Of a stretch of DNA of 64,000 bases, positions 26,251-39,505 are shown one piece after another. A program made the position numbers and the translations under genes. The notes under the pieces were generated by a model. It saw nothing but the letters and a program-made list of their open reading frames with translations, was not told the DNA's origin and did no database searches. The stretch is from Octopus vulgaris (lineage: Eukaryota), in NCBI GenBank assembly GCA_951406725.2, contig OX597822.1, positions 91,326,001 through 91,390,000 on the forward strand. The letters are read 5' to 3'. The first letter of the stretch is position 1. Each line of letters begins with the position of its first letter.

Positions 26251-27463
26251 TATTTATATATAGTCACTTTTGGGAGTTGAGTGTGTGTGTGTCTCTAAAT
26301 ATGTAGACAATGCAATACAGACTTTAAAAAAAAGACTTTCATTTTGTTTAAATTAACTGAAAATTCAAGAGCTTTTAATAATAAATGATTTGGATTATAA
26401 TGGATAAAAGAAAGGAATGTAATACAAAAGCTACAGATGAAGTAATAAACTGGAAAAAAAAATACTAAAATTCCAGAGATCTTTCAAATTAAGTAAAAAT
26501 AATATAGATAATAACAATGATATACGACTATAATGCTGTGCTCACATTTTTTTTACTGTCATTTTAATATGCTGACTGTCGGCTATGATCGGGTGGGTGT
26601 ATTATGCTCACTTACACAAAAGGCAGCATACAAATGAGTTAGAAGAACTGTTGGGCATTAGCAACATTGGTCTAGTCATTTTATGGAAGAGAAATAATTG
26701 CATATGTGTATGAACAATGAGTGCAGGGTGTCAAAGAGGAGGATATGAGATATAGGGAGGCCAGAATTCTTGATGCTAAGCTTCATTCATCATACAAACG
26801 TTTGCAAAGTGTAAGGTGATTGTGATATAGCATTTTAGTAATATTTTTTTTAAACTTCCAACTTTAATCCCATAATTTTTTATCAATTACAAGAATACTA
26901 CAACAAAATTTATATCCAATGAAAGATAAGAACTACAGCTTGCTGTTAGAGCTAGCCTACCACCTGAAAGGGCCATGATTTGTATTTCCTCATTGGTACT
27001 ATTGTGTCCATGCCTAAAACACTTATGTCTTAAATAATCCTGCTACCAGGCTGTAAATAACAATTATGAAGTGATACAGCTCACCACTACGTGACAGGAA
27101 CATTAGTTAATTCCCAAGTACTTTGTTAACATAAAAGGCTGAGTTTGCATCCTTCTATAAGTTTGAGCTGAAAAACAATGTTCTCTATCCAACTGATTTT
27201 GCCCTAAATACATATGAAGTCTCCAAATAGTGCCCTTACAACCTAATTTGTTAAGTAATTCATTTACACCTTGAAATATATAACAATAAATAGCTTGAAA
27301 AATTTTTTTTAAATTAAGAAAGAACCTTTTTAGGCTTAAATTATGTCATATTCTTAAAACTGGACCAACTAACAATGAAATTATTTCTCTTTTTAATAAC
27401 TTATCATATTTATAGTGAGAATCAAAACATACAAACTCATTTATATACATTCTGGCAATTTCA

Positions 27464-27940
27464 AATGTGCATATGCTAATTACTGTTGTATTTCATCATT
27501 GGGGAAGAACTTTCATACAAATGTGTGTCTATAACACTCAATTTATTGGGATAATGGAACTTTGGGATACGAGTGTTTAAACCTAGTTATGTGTCTCCTC
27601 AGCTATCCCAAATCAACAAATCTAACAAGATGTTTGGTTCTTGCTTCTAGGATCCAATGAACAAATTATTTGCTGATGCATGCTAATGTCTGCCAGCTGA
27701 TATGACATCAGCACACATCAGCAAATAATTTGTTAGCTGAATCCCATAAACTGGTGCCAAAACTTTTTAGATTCATTGGTCTGGGATAGCTTTGGCTGAG
27801 GAGACATGCAACAAAGTTAAAATATCAGCATCCCAAAGTCCCTTACCCAATAAATCATGAGTGTTATGAACACACAATCATTTGAAAGGAGAAGGTGTTC
27901 TCCAATGATGAAATACAACAAAGATTAGCATTTTCACATT
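27464..27940. repeat. Old foldback/MITE-like imperfect palindrome (~220-bp arms)
   Basis: Arm pairs include tgttgtatttcatcattgg/ccaatgatgaaatacaaca, ataacactca/tgagtgttat, actttgggat/atcccaaagt, tgtctcctcagc/gctgaggagaca and aacaaattatttgctgatg/catcagcaaataatttgtt. Centre ~27697. Confidence 0.85.
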
Positions 27941-28259
27941 CCATGTTATCTTATATTGTTACTTTTTCTTCTTTTGTTCACTTGGGGTATAAGCTTTGAA
28001 AGATAGCTGGTCATTAGACAGTAGGATGCCATTCATTCTGTCAACATCATTATTCATACAACACTGAATTATACTAGTTCTGTAATTGCTTCAAGTTCTT
28101 TGAATCAAATGTGCTTTTCTTATCTATTTTAGCATTTTAGTAGAAGAAAGAAAAAAAACTAGTACTATTTACATTGCTAATTTACAAATGATGAATTATT
28201 TTTTTAATCGGTATAAAAACTCAAAGATAAAATTTTAATCCTTTCCCTACAGAAATTAT

Positions 28260-28775
28260 AAGTCAATATCAAAATAACTGATGTCACTTGTTCACCTAAG
28301 CAGTAATTTGTTTTTCCTGGTTTGAGCTATTCTGTTTTTTTAGCAGTCTGTGTCTTAAAGGCCCCCCCCCCCCTCTGATGCTTTCCTGCAGCCAATAAGC
28401 ACATAAACAAAACACATTAACTATGTGACATCAGAAATGTTTATATTATTAGAGATGCTTCTAATTCAAAATTTAATTTTGTTTTACTTGTGCAGCACAG
28501 TTGAACATCAGCAGATAGATTTTATGTTATCTGCATATATACCTCATGAATTTTTGTCTAAGAGTGAATCAGGTATATAATGCCCTTGAGCTGAAATAAC
28601 AGCAAAATATCAATATCCACCATTCTTGTTCACCTACAGGATGACTCCTCTACCCTAGTTTGAAGTATTCAGTGTCTTAACATCTTGCAGCTAATAAGCA
28701 CATAAACAAAACATACATTAAGTTTGTGACACAAATGTTTATATTATTAGAGTTGTTTCTAATTTAAAATTTAAG
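28260..28775 (+). repeat. Diverged tandem duplication (period ~300-340 bp)
   Basis: cttgttcaccta occurs at 28287 and 28625. aataagcacataaacaaaaca..aaatgtttatattattagag occurs at ~28394 and ~28693. Confidence 0.8.
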
Positions 28776-28786
28776 AAGTTAATATA

Positions 28787-29197
28787 GGCGCAGGAGTGGC
28801 TGTGTGGTAAGTATCTTGCTTACCAACCACATGGTTCCGGGTTCAGTCCCTCTGCGTGGCACCTTGGACAAGTGCCTTCTACTATAGCCTCGGGCCAACC
28901 AAAGCCTTGTGAGTGGATTTGGTAGACGGAAACTGAAAGAAGCCCGTCGTATATATGTATACGTATATATATGTGTGTGTGTGTGTGTTTGTGTGTGTCT
29001 GTGTTTGTCCCCCCAACATCACTTGACAACCGATGGGGGTATGTTTATGTCCCTGTAACTTAGCGGTTCAGCAAAGGAGACCGATAGATTAAGTACTAGG
29101 CTTACAAAGAATAAGTCCTGGGGTCGATTTGTTCGACTAAAGACGGTGCTCCAGCATGGCCACAGTAACATGACTGAAACAAGTAAAAGAGTAAAAG
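28787..29197 (+). mobile_element. tRNA-derived SINE family A, full length
   Basis: End-to-end homology to 25287-25711. Confidence 0.95.
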
Positions 29198-29678
29198 TAT
29201 GTCTTTCCATCAACAGAATTCCAAAATACAATTTAACTTATAAAACATCCTAACTACATATATTTTGATCAACTGCTTAAAATGCGAAATATATTTGTAT
29301 TAATATGTTATTCCAAAATTTGAAAGAAGAACCAAATTACATTCTAAAAAGTATATCATGTGAAGAGGATCCCTTGTATGTCAATGTTTCATAGTGGGGT
29401 ACTATCATGTTGGTTAGAGAACATAGTTCACCATTCTTATTTTCATTTCTTTGTGTGTTCATTGCTAATACTAACAGAAAAGACAGTGTAACAATGGTCC
29501 CTTTTTGTGTGCCTAGGTTATAAAGAATTATTTTAAACTTTGTTAAAAGACTGTGACATCTCAAAATTTTTTTCTGTTTAGAAAATAAAATTCTAGGTAT
29601 CATGAGCCTCAATATAAAAAATACCTTGATAATCAATAGTGCTAGTAATTAAGAAACAAAATCAAACAATCACATAAA

Positions 29679-29999
29679 ACATTATTTACAATTGACGGAT
29701 ATTTATCCTCATTTTGTTTGATAGACATATGACGTAGTGGTTAAGAGTGTGGGTTACTAACCCCAAGATTTCGAGTTCAATTCCAAGCAGTGACCTGAAT
29801 GATAATAATAACAATAACAACAAAATTGAAAAATACCTTAGGAATGAGAACCCAGGTTCGAAATTTCCCCAAGACACCTGATGAAGGCTGGAAGGTATAT
29901 CAGCCAAAATGTTGTGTCAACAACAAACAAGATGAGGACAAATATCCGTCAATTGTAAATAATGTACATAATTCCTCATCTCTTACATATAGAACTGTA
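29679..29999 (+). mobile_element. Composite tRNA-head + hammerhead + PLE-type inverted-end element
   Basis: 42-bp inverted repeat 29679-29720 / 29924-29965 (40/42 match). tRNA-like A-box TGACGTAGTGG (29730-29740) and B-box GAGTTCAATTCC (29773-29784). Hammerhead motif at 29873-29918 and a 34-nt tail at 29966-29999 shared with 5661-5767. Confidence 0.75.
29873..29918 (+). ncRNA. Minimal type I hammerhead motif, CpG-decayed
   Basis: GACAC-CTGATGA-A-GGCTG(gaaggtatat)CAGCC-AAAAT-GTT-GTGTC. Stems I and II are intact. GAAAC reads AAAAT, and both changes are at CpG positions. Confidence 0.65.
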
Positions 30000-31142
30000 T
30001 AATTACATAAAATATGAAAGAAATAAAAAAAAACTTCTAAAAATCCAACAAGTCTAAATAATTGATTATAAAATGACTTAGGGAAATAGCATAAGTAGGC
30101 CATGGCTTGCATCCAGATAATGGGTGATGTACTGAATAATGTATACAAAACACACTGTAAATTAACTGAGAATTTTTGGCAAACAACATTCAGTACATCC
30201 TCTCCAAACTTTGTTTACACATAGCTATGGCTATACTGGAAGATTGCTGTGATTTTGCAGTCTATTTCAGCAAAGATGTTTCACTCCCTCTTCTATTTGA
30301 TAATTTCTATTAATTTGTACAATTTATCAACTTCATTTTTGTTGCATGCATCCTTTATTTGTAACAGTTTTAGCAGATCAACTGATGAATGTAAGCTACT
30401 CCATCTTGGATGTAACTAATATAAGAAGTTACGACACAAGAAATGTGTTTTTGTTTTTAGTTTCCCTGGAGAAAACCCTCAAATCTCAAATATTTTTTGG
30501 CAAGTCGTCAAATAATTGTAAGTTTATGAAAAATGCATCGTTGCAGCACAGCATCCGTTAATATGAAATAATGAGAATTTAGGAAGCTGACAGTAACTTG
30601 TAGCTTATCTAACCTTTAAACAACCCGCTTCACACACAATTACGTATTCCTTGCTTATGGTGTCTAAGAACATAGAGATATAGCATTTAAAGGCATTTAC
30701 AGTATTACAAATTTTTAATAGTTTACTATTTTGTAGCCTTTTAAGCTATTTGAAGAAACAGTTGGGATCAAAAATATAGTCTGCAGCCAGCAATCCTAAC
30801 TGAAAGGTCAGCATCGCTCATTATTTTTCTTGTACAGAAATATCACAAAAAAACAACCAAGCGGAAGGTTGGTAGTAAATTTGTATTAGTCTAGTTATAT
30901 GGCATGGTTAAAACAGATTGTTAAACATCCTATTTCTGAAATAAAGTCTGAATTTTGCCTGTAAGAAAATGAATGCTGTCATGGAATATATTTTTTCCCC
31001 TGAACATTTTTTGAATTTACAAATATTCAGTAAAAATATGATAAACTAATTTAAAATAGAATATAATATAAATAGAATATAATATAAATTCAAGTACACA
31101 CATGGCTAATTTTTGTGGAATTTGTATAGTTAATTAAATTAA

Positions 31143-31363
31143 CCCTTTAGTGTTTGCATTATTCTGCCAAAATTTATGCTTTTTCATCCACATTGTTTTG
31201 AACTAATCATGCATTATCTTGTAGTGATGAGATTTTGATGAGGAAGCTGTTAATTTCTAAAACGATATTGTAGGGTTGGTGTGAGAGACCAGATCTGGCC
31301 AGTTTGCACATAAAACAGGCAGAATACTTTTGGCCAGATATGGCCGGTTTAAATACTAAAGGG
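31143..31363. mobile_element. piggyBac-type MITE
   Basis: TTAA-CCCTTTAGT...ACTAAAGGG-TTAA. Confidence 0.85.
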
Positions 31364-31796
31364 TTAAATCAAATTTATTAATGGTAATTAACTCTGAAAG
31401 TTAAAAGATAAAATCAATATCCTTAAAATTGCAGCTCAATGTACATGAATAGTTTCATCCACTTAATTCATCCAATATGGCATAATATTATATCTACTAG
31501 CTCGCTGTCCGACTGAAAATAAATTATACCATCAATTTTACAACTATTATTAGCAGTATACAGTAGATTTTACACAATATAATGTCAACCAGACACACAC
31601 ACACCCTTTAATTTTAATTCAACAAAATGACATATATAAGGTGCAATCCAGATATTTTGTGACTTTTTGCGAGAGAGGCCGTTATAACAGTCCCAGATTA
31701 CTGTTATTTTAGTATATCATTACTATACATTTCATAAGCCAACCTGCCAGCTATCGTTATTCCAGAGTGAAGGAGAAGGCTACAGCAACACTTAAT

Positions 31797-32090
31797 ATCA
31801 TCATCATTTATTATCCGTTTTCCATGGTGGCATAGGTTAGATGAGTTGGCTGTAACTGGTAAACCAGAGAGCAGCCCAGGCTCCAGTCTGTTTTGGATTG
31901 GTTTCTACAGCTGGATTCCCTTCCTAATGCCAACCACTCCATAGAGTGTACTGGATGTCTTTTTACATGTCACCAGCATGGGTGCCTTACACGTGTCACC
32001 AGAACAGGTGTCTTTCACATGTCACCAGCACTGGTCATGACTATGATTTCACTAAGCTTCATGTATCTTCTAAAGCACAGCAAATTGCCA
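31797..32090 (-). mobile_element. RTE 3' tail copy
   Basis: catcatcattt..tttctacagctggattcccttcctaatgccaaccactc is the reverse complement of the tail at 12700-12863. Confidence 0.8.
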
Positions 32091-32094
32091 AAAG

Positions 32095-32140
<46 letters not shown>

Positions 32141-32394
32141 CGTGCGTGTGTGTGTGTTTGTGCGTGTGCGTGTGTACATGTATTATCTTATATATAAATG
32201 GCAATTTCTGTCTTTCTGTTACCATCTTGCTGCCTAAGCCAGCAAACCAATCTTCAAGAAACTTTGCATACATGTTAAACTAACATCCAGTTCAATAATT
32301 GGCTAATAGGATTTCAATAAAAATCTATAACGTGCCCTCTAGGAGGGGCATTATATGATAAAATGAGAAGGGTGCAAAGAGTATTAGTCTGAGG

Positions 32395-33100
32395 GAAATC
32401 AAGCAGAATATCAAACAGAATATCTGCTTAATGTTCATGGAGTAAACAATACTCTGCCCAACTAGAAGCAATTACATCTTAGACCTCTGCTTCACCAACA
32501 ATGCGGAACTTATCCACAATCCGAAGATATAACCAACAATTTTATCAGACCATGACAGGATAGAACTGACAATGTATGGCCCAAAACTAATTAAAGATGT
32601 ATTCCAACACAGATAGCACCCAAACCCTATCTAGTCTGAACTTCTACAAAGCTGACTGGAAATCAATTGAAAAACAGATACTCCAGCAAAATTAGTTTAA
32701 AAGTCTATCTGTGCAAGACATTGATAAGAATTCATGTCAATAATGTGAACCATATGCATTAAATTTATCCCTGAGAAGAGAGCCAATAAGTACAAAAGCA
32801 TCATTCCCTGAATCAGGAGAGTCCTTATGAGATGGAGAAAAAAAATAAATTGCTTAAATAAACACTAATGACAGTTACAAATCCCCTCTCAAAGAGGTGC
32901 ACTTAGAAAATGAAAATGAACTCAGACTCACCCATGAAAAAGAAAGTGAAGAGAAACCAGGGTATGGAAAATATAAAAAGAAAGTTTGCAGAAGAATCTA
33001 CCTTGATGCACTACAAGAGAGGGTCACTGCTTCAGGTATACAAGTGCAAACAAGGGAGTCAGAGAAAGGCAGAATGCCACCTATATCTGAACACTACTAT
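32395..33100 (+). pseudogene. CR1-type LINE fragment (endonuclease end and linker)
   Basis: PTRSNYILDLCFTNN, LSDHD and NFYKADW motifs with stops. Confidence 0.7.
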
Positions 33101-33129
33101 GGAAGTATTCCTTTAAAAAAACCTTTCTT

Positions 33130-33501
33130 CTAATTTTTCTAAATTTTTCTAAATTCAATTATTTAATCGTTACAGTTGAAAAGGTCTCAAAATGACCGAA
33201 ACCGGTACTGAAAGATTCACTAAAAAATCATCTTAGCATTTTCTATTTTTGACTTGTTTTTTCATATATATATATATAAATACGGATAAGATTGTTAATT
33301 TAAATATCGATCTTATTAAGTGGCCAGCATGGGAATAAAAACCTTCAAAGGTAATAATTATTATTAGAATTATAATTTAGGGTATCTAAGAGATACCTCC
33401 ATGCTGGAGAAAGCACTGTGGCTTTAAAGTCAAATTTTGGCTGCTATTTCCAGTGTGGAGGTATCTCTTAGATATCCTAAATTATAATTTTAATAATAAT
33501 T
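33130..33501 (+). mobile_element. Small PLE-type repeat with a decayed hammerhead and a 52-bp inverted repeat
   Basis: CAG-TTGAAAA-GGTC(tcaaaat)GACC-GAAAC-CG-GTA-CTG at 33173-33210. Inverted repeat 33356-33407 / 33450-33501 (48/52 match). Confidence 0.6.
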
Positions 33502-35224
33502 TATATATATACACTCACACACATACACAAACATACATGTGTGTGTGTGTGGGTGAGTGTGAGTAGACATGCTAAAAAAGGGCACTCAACATATTTATTA
33601 AGAGTTACATGTATAGATCAAACTGTTTTGATTTATTTATAAACACACACACACACACATATATATATACACAGATATGTATGCAGGGTGTTCTAGCAAC
33701 TTGAAACCAAAATTTTCAATGGTTTCAACAGTGTGGGTGGCTGTATGTAAGCATGTAAGAGCCAGTTTCATAATAAACTACACCCATTCCATTATACAAA
33801 ATGGCATGTGACAAACAGTATCTAACTGTTAAAGTCCAAACAACAAATGGACAAATAAGGAGTGAACAATGCAAGGTTCATCACAAACATCCAAGTTAGC
33901 ATTGTAGCTATTCCAAATAAGAACTGAAAAGCTGCAGTTGACAACCAGGCTAATGTTCGTGGTATAACAAATATGCATCCACTCCTAGTTGTAAATTGGT
34001 TGGTGATAGGGAGTTTTAAATGTTTTGTTTTTACATAAGTATTTGAAAATTAAATAGAAAATTCACTGAAATCATACAAGCAAATAAAATTGTCATAGGA
34101 ATATTTTCCTATCAGTAAGAAAAGCTTCAACTTCTCTTAATAAAGTTGAATATAGATGAAATACAGAAAAAAGAAAAAAATGGTTGGTAATTCTTTTTTT
34201 TTTTTTAAATTGATCATTTTACAATCCAATTTGCTTTCTTCTTTACTTATTATTTATTTGAATTCTAAAATAAATAAAGAGAAACATCATATTAAAAACC
34301 ACAGGATAAATATTAGTACACGCAACAGTAAGAAGTTGTGCAGAAAAAGTGTGAAGAAATTGCTCATCTATGATAAAAGATTAGATGACAAATAAAAAGC
34401 AGATGGCAGCAAACATTAAAGCATGAGTAAACTACAGAAAGTAATATTTCAACTTTCATCTTGCCCCAAAATGTAACTAGAAATAACAATCTAGGTATTT
34501 TCAGTGAGCAATGTATACTGCACACTACTACTTTAAATGTTTTTTTAGAGAAAAGTGTCCTTTATGCCAACCTGAAAACTTTGACTCATCAAATAACTAT
34601 TTTCTTTTGCTTTTTCTATTATTTCTGCAAAAGAGTTAGGACACACAAAAAGCAATGCATAACACTAGCTGCTTTATATCATCTAAAGCCTTGAGGTTTT
34701 GATTTCAAATCTTTCAAACACCTTATGTATTTTTCATCTCACTAAGGATGGCAAAATAAGTACTAATAATATATAAATAATGTCCATTATCCTCATTAAA
34801 TACCCCTTTTTACAAAACTGATCAAATACCTAGTTAACACAAAAGTCACCAATACCACTTTTTTCCCCCTGTAAAATAGAGAAAGATCTTATCTCATTGC
34901 TCCCAACAACTGCTTTCCTTTTCTTACCACCTGTAAAATCTTTCAATTAAAGATACTTATTTTTAAAAATATGCTATCTAAACAGAATTCTATTTCAGAA
35001 AGGTTTTCAAATGTAACAAGATTAAATAGTCATAAGATAATTCAAAAATATTTTAAAATTCTTTATACTATATTTGTCACCTTTTTACATTGAGAGTTGT
35101 TAGTGACTAAGATCAATTAAAATATATTAAGATATGATAGTATTACCAACACTACTGTGCCATAGACAGATTAAATCTTCAATTTAATTTAATAGTTATA
35201 ATTATTTAAAGTATTTGCTATGTA

Positions 35225-36138
35225 TTGGATCATCCCATAAATAATGGGGTTTTTTTATACTTCTTTATTTTTCAAAATTAAAATAAACTAAGTTCTTTTT
35301 TAATCTAAAATATACTCTCCATCATTTTCTACAATAATCTTCCATCTATCTGGTAGACTGGCAAGGTCCCTCTTCCAAAATTCACTTGTCCATGATGAAA
35401 AATACTCCTCCAGTACTGTTCTGGCCTTGTCTACAGAATTCATATTTTTTCTGTCCAAATGATTTTGAAGATTCTGGAATAAATGATAAACAGATGGGGC
35501 AGTGTCCAGCGAATATGGTGGGTAGGGCATTGATTCCCATTCAAACTGCTCCATCCTTTGGAATGTCATCCTCGCTGTATGTGGCCAAGCATTATCCTGA
35601 TGGAAGAACACCTTTCAACTTGAAACTAAATATGGTCGTTTTCCGATGGCACGCAGGTGTCGATAAATGGTTGAATGACCAAATCCAAGTTTCTGTGCTA
35701 GTTCCTCAACCGTTACAATAGGATTTTGTCCCATCAGGGTTTGCAGGACGACCTTGTTGAGCTCTACAGATCTTCCAGGATGAGGCTCATCTTCTAGACT
35801 GTAGTTCCTGGCTTGGAAATTCTGGAACCACCGTTAACACTGGTTTATGCTTCTTGTCCAATCCCCATATACTGCATTAATATTCCTCACACTTGTTGCC
35901 TTTATTGAACTAATAAAGCAAAATATGCTGAATATGCTCCTTTGTTACTTCCATTATAGCTTTAAAAACATAATTGTTAAAATCAAACAGCATTCTTCAA
36001 AACTTGCACTAAGAATAAGCAGGAGTTAAAATTACTACCTGCTTTTATAGCAAGTTGATGCAGGTAGTTTATCCCGTCCTCCTCCGACTTTTAATTCATG
36101 CAATTGAAAAAAACCACATTATTTATGGGATGACCCAA
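35225..36138 (-). mobile_element. Mariner transposon, internally deleted and decayed
   Basis: ~32-bp TIRs ttgg[a/g]tcatcccataaataatg[g/t]ggttttttt with TA TSDs. ORF 35300-35611 has HQDNAWPH and PPYSLDTAPSVY (mariner HDNARPH, YSPDLAPSDY). Confidence 0.93.
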
Positions 36139-37514
36139 TACATTAGTCTTTTTGGTGGACAATTGTAAGTAGTCCTTTTTAGAACATTGTCACATGTTGA
36201 CATGAAGATAAAGATAATTGATAACAATGCTCAAAGTAGAAGTAGTAAAAGTATAACAAGGAATATAGTTTTCAAAGATGTTCTCTCCTAAGGCTACACT
36301 TACACTACTACTTTACCTCATCACAAGACTGACATACTTCAGAAAAATTACAATTTTAAAAGAAATGTATTTCATGGTTCATTATAAACTTCCAACAACC
36401 TTAATAGTTTTCAAAATAACAGTAAAATATCCACAGATACAGCTGTTATAGAATAAATGTACACACAAAAACTATTACATTTACTTTTATTATTTCTTAA
36501 TGATATAATCTTCTGTGAAGTGTTGAAACCAACAATAGATTTATGACGTTTGAGGAATGAAAATAAAATTGTAGTCTTCTGTTACAGGCATTCTCAATTT
36601 TCAGATACCACACAATTTTTTGTAGTTTGCTAAATCAACTGCAACAGCTTATAAATAAAATGCTGATATACACTATCTGTTTCAATAACATAATAGCAAT
36701 GTTTGCACAAACAATTACACATGACTGTCAGTAATGATTACACAAGAACATTCTGGAAACAGTTATGCTACATACTTCTGAAATTTACTTACAATAACAA
36801 TGAACAGTTTTATTTCTTCAGCAACACTGAATAATAAAATCTTTGTTTATCTATTGCCATAACTTCCAATGGAAAATATTCAGTTTTTAACCTTAAAATG
36901 TTAAAGTATTTTAAAGGTTTGCATTTCAGGTTTGATTTAAATGATTTACACTCTAAAATTAGTAATTAATAGTACTTAGGATTTAATTCAAGACACAATT
37001 TGTTTCAAACAAAAGAAACAAAATTGTATGATTCCATAACTAACTGACCCCTTCATACTTATGTTTTACAATTGTAAGTTGTTAAAGAAGGCAGAAGAAA
37101 GCCATAGAAGATGCTCCGAATTTAAACCTCAGTGATCTCATTAAAGTTATATTTGTCTTTTATCGCTCTGATGAGTTGATTAAATAAATACCAATAGAAT
37201 AATTATGCTTAGACAATAGATCACCCTACTTCTGCTCACAAAATATATTGTGTACTTGGCTGAAAAAAATTAAATGAAGTACAATCATTGCTTTCTGAAA
37301 ACTATTTGGTGATTGGAAAAAAATCGAGAGGCTGACACAGAAAACACAGCTGCACATGGTTCACTTAATTTTTATCCATTTTAGCTTTACATGCTCAGAT
37401 TAATATACACAAGCAATTCATTGTTTCTTTCATCTATTCTCAAAACAAAAATTTTTATGTTTAGTGAATGGAGACAGCTATTTATCAGAATTTCTATCTT
37501 CACTCTTTATAGTA

Positions 37515-37815
37515 TGGTGCATTTTCCATGCTGGCATAGTTTGAAAGGAGCTGTCAGATTAGAAGAATGTGCTAGGCTCTACTGTCTGCTTTGGTATGGT
37601 TCTTACAGCTAGATGCCCTTCCAACAACTTAGCATAGACTGGGTGTTTTTTACATGTCACCAGCAGCAGTAAAGTTACCAAATAATTTATAAGACAAGAT
37701 ATCCTTAACAGAAGGAGAGGGTAATATTGAGAAAGGTGACTTTGTGCCAGATGGGAGGAGTATGAGCAGAAGGAGAGAAACAGATGTCTTGCAGTAAAGA
37801 AGATACATGGCTACC
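37515..37815 (-). mobile_element. Old RTE 3'UTR/tail copy
   Basis: ttttccatgctggcat..tacagctagatgcccttcc. Confidence 0.65.
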
Positions 37816-37819
37816 TCAG

Positions 37820-37990
37820 TAGGAGAGAGGGGGAGCAGATGGAGGAAAGAGGAAGGGGAGAGCAAATGAAAAAGAGAGGAAGGGAAAAGGGAAGAGAGTA
37901 AAGGGAGAGGGGAAAGAGAAGGGAAGAGAGGAGATCAAGGAGGGGAGAGAGGAGGAGACAAAGGAATGGAGAGAGGAAAAGAGAGAGGGT
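37820..37990. repeat. Purine-rich (GA) low-complexity tract
   Basis: Almost only A and G over ~170 bp. Confidence 0.9.
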
Positions 37991-39304
37991 TAAAGCTATT
38001 AAACACAAACACCAATTTGAGACAGAAAAAGAATAAGCCCATTAATGGGATTTTAATCATATATCTATAGGAATATGAAATAAAATGTCCAATATCAGCT
38101 TAACAAGCTAGAGGATTGTAAAGAGATAAAGTCAATCATATAGTCATACAATATAAAAAAAACTTATCTACAATATGTGACAATCCATAAAGTATAAAAA
38201 TGCATGAGTGTAATCTTATAATCAGGGTAGTTAATAATAAAATCAGAAGTGAACATCAATCAACTCAAATCCTTTTATGGAATTAAAAACAAATACAAAA
38301 TGGAGACAGCAACAACACATTGGTAAGCTTTGCCAATAGGGATGAAAGTGAAATATTTTCCTTCAACAACATTGTCATAGTCACTATAACCATTCTACTC
38401 CCCAACCCATGTCAAATTTTACTATTCTATTTATAGACTGATCATGCTAGTCTTGTACTTCTTAATCATTTAATTGCCCACATTATCACAGCAGTATCTC
38501 CAACTCCAAGTCTGAACACATTTCAATTTTTGACATATTCACTTCTAAACTCAGCAACTGTTAATCACAGTATTTGATCAATCACAATAATCCTTTTCAC
38601 CAACATGTCCAAACTACTTTATTCTTGCTTGCAGTCATCCAAACGTTAGAAATATTCTTAGTCCTAAATTTTTCTTTCTATCACTTCATCACTGTCATTG
38701 TCCCAATTTCTATATGCTAGTATGCATTGCCAATCTTTTCAGCCCTCCATCCATCTGTGAGGCCAAACATCCTAAAATTTAACCGCACCCTTTCTTTCCA
38801 TGACTTCCTCAATCTTCTGCAACAGATATGTTTTGCAGTCTCGTTTACTTGTTTCAGTCATTTGACTGCGGCCATGCTGGAGCACCGCCTTAAGTCTGCA
38901 CACATTACTTTTTCAACTACCAGATGTCATCCATATCATACATGTCTGGATCAACATACTCATCAGTCCTGCAGGAATTGGCAGATGCTTTTAATGTTCA
39001 ACTGTTCTCCTAATGCTATCCCTATATTGCTCTTAATGCAAATATGACCATCTTTAGTCTCTACTCTTCTAAGCAAGTTTTATACAGTCTGTCTTTTGCT
39101 TAACTTCAACTATTTCTTGTTCTGTCTATTATTCTTTTATTTAAGTCATCTCCAGCTAGGAAATCAAAACTATTACATCCAGGTAGCCAGCTAATTGAGT
39201 CATTAAATTTGTTTCATAGGCAAAAAAAATCTGATATTACTTCTAATTCCTATGAAGGATGACAAGTAGTCTGAATATGGTTCAACCATCACCAGTATCA
39301 TAAT

Positions 39305-39505
39305 TATTTCTAATTTAGGTACAAAGCCAGTAATTTTGAGGAGAGGGTGTTAGTCTCTAATATTTAACCTATACTTTATTTTATGGATCCTGCAAGAATG
39401 AAAGGCAAAGTTGACTCCGACAGGAATTCAGTTCAGAACGTAAATAGTCAGAAGAAATGCAGAAAGGTATTTTGCTTGATGCTTCAACAATTCTACCAGC
39501 TCATC
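39305..39505 (-). mobile_element. SINE family B, diverged
   Basis: gaatgaaaggcaaagttgactcc..gaattcagttcagaacgta..ttctaccagctc. Confidence 0.75.

Noticed and set aside
29724-29795. Possible tRNA gene
   Set aside because: A and B boxes are present, but acceptor-stem pairing is poor and it is embedded in a mobile element. Treated as a tRNA-derived head.
37168-37200. Isolated CTGATGA motifs (also ~17191, ~26001, ~30382, ~43447, ~46894)
   Set aside because: No stem II plus GAAA follows. The one at ~43447 is the RT ADD codons.
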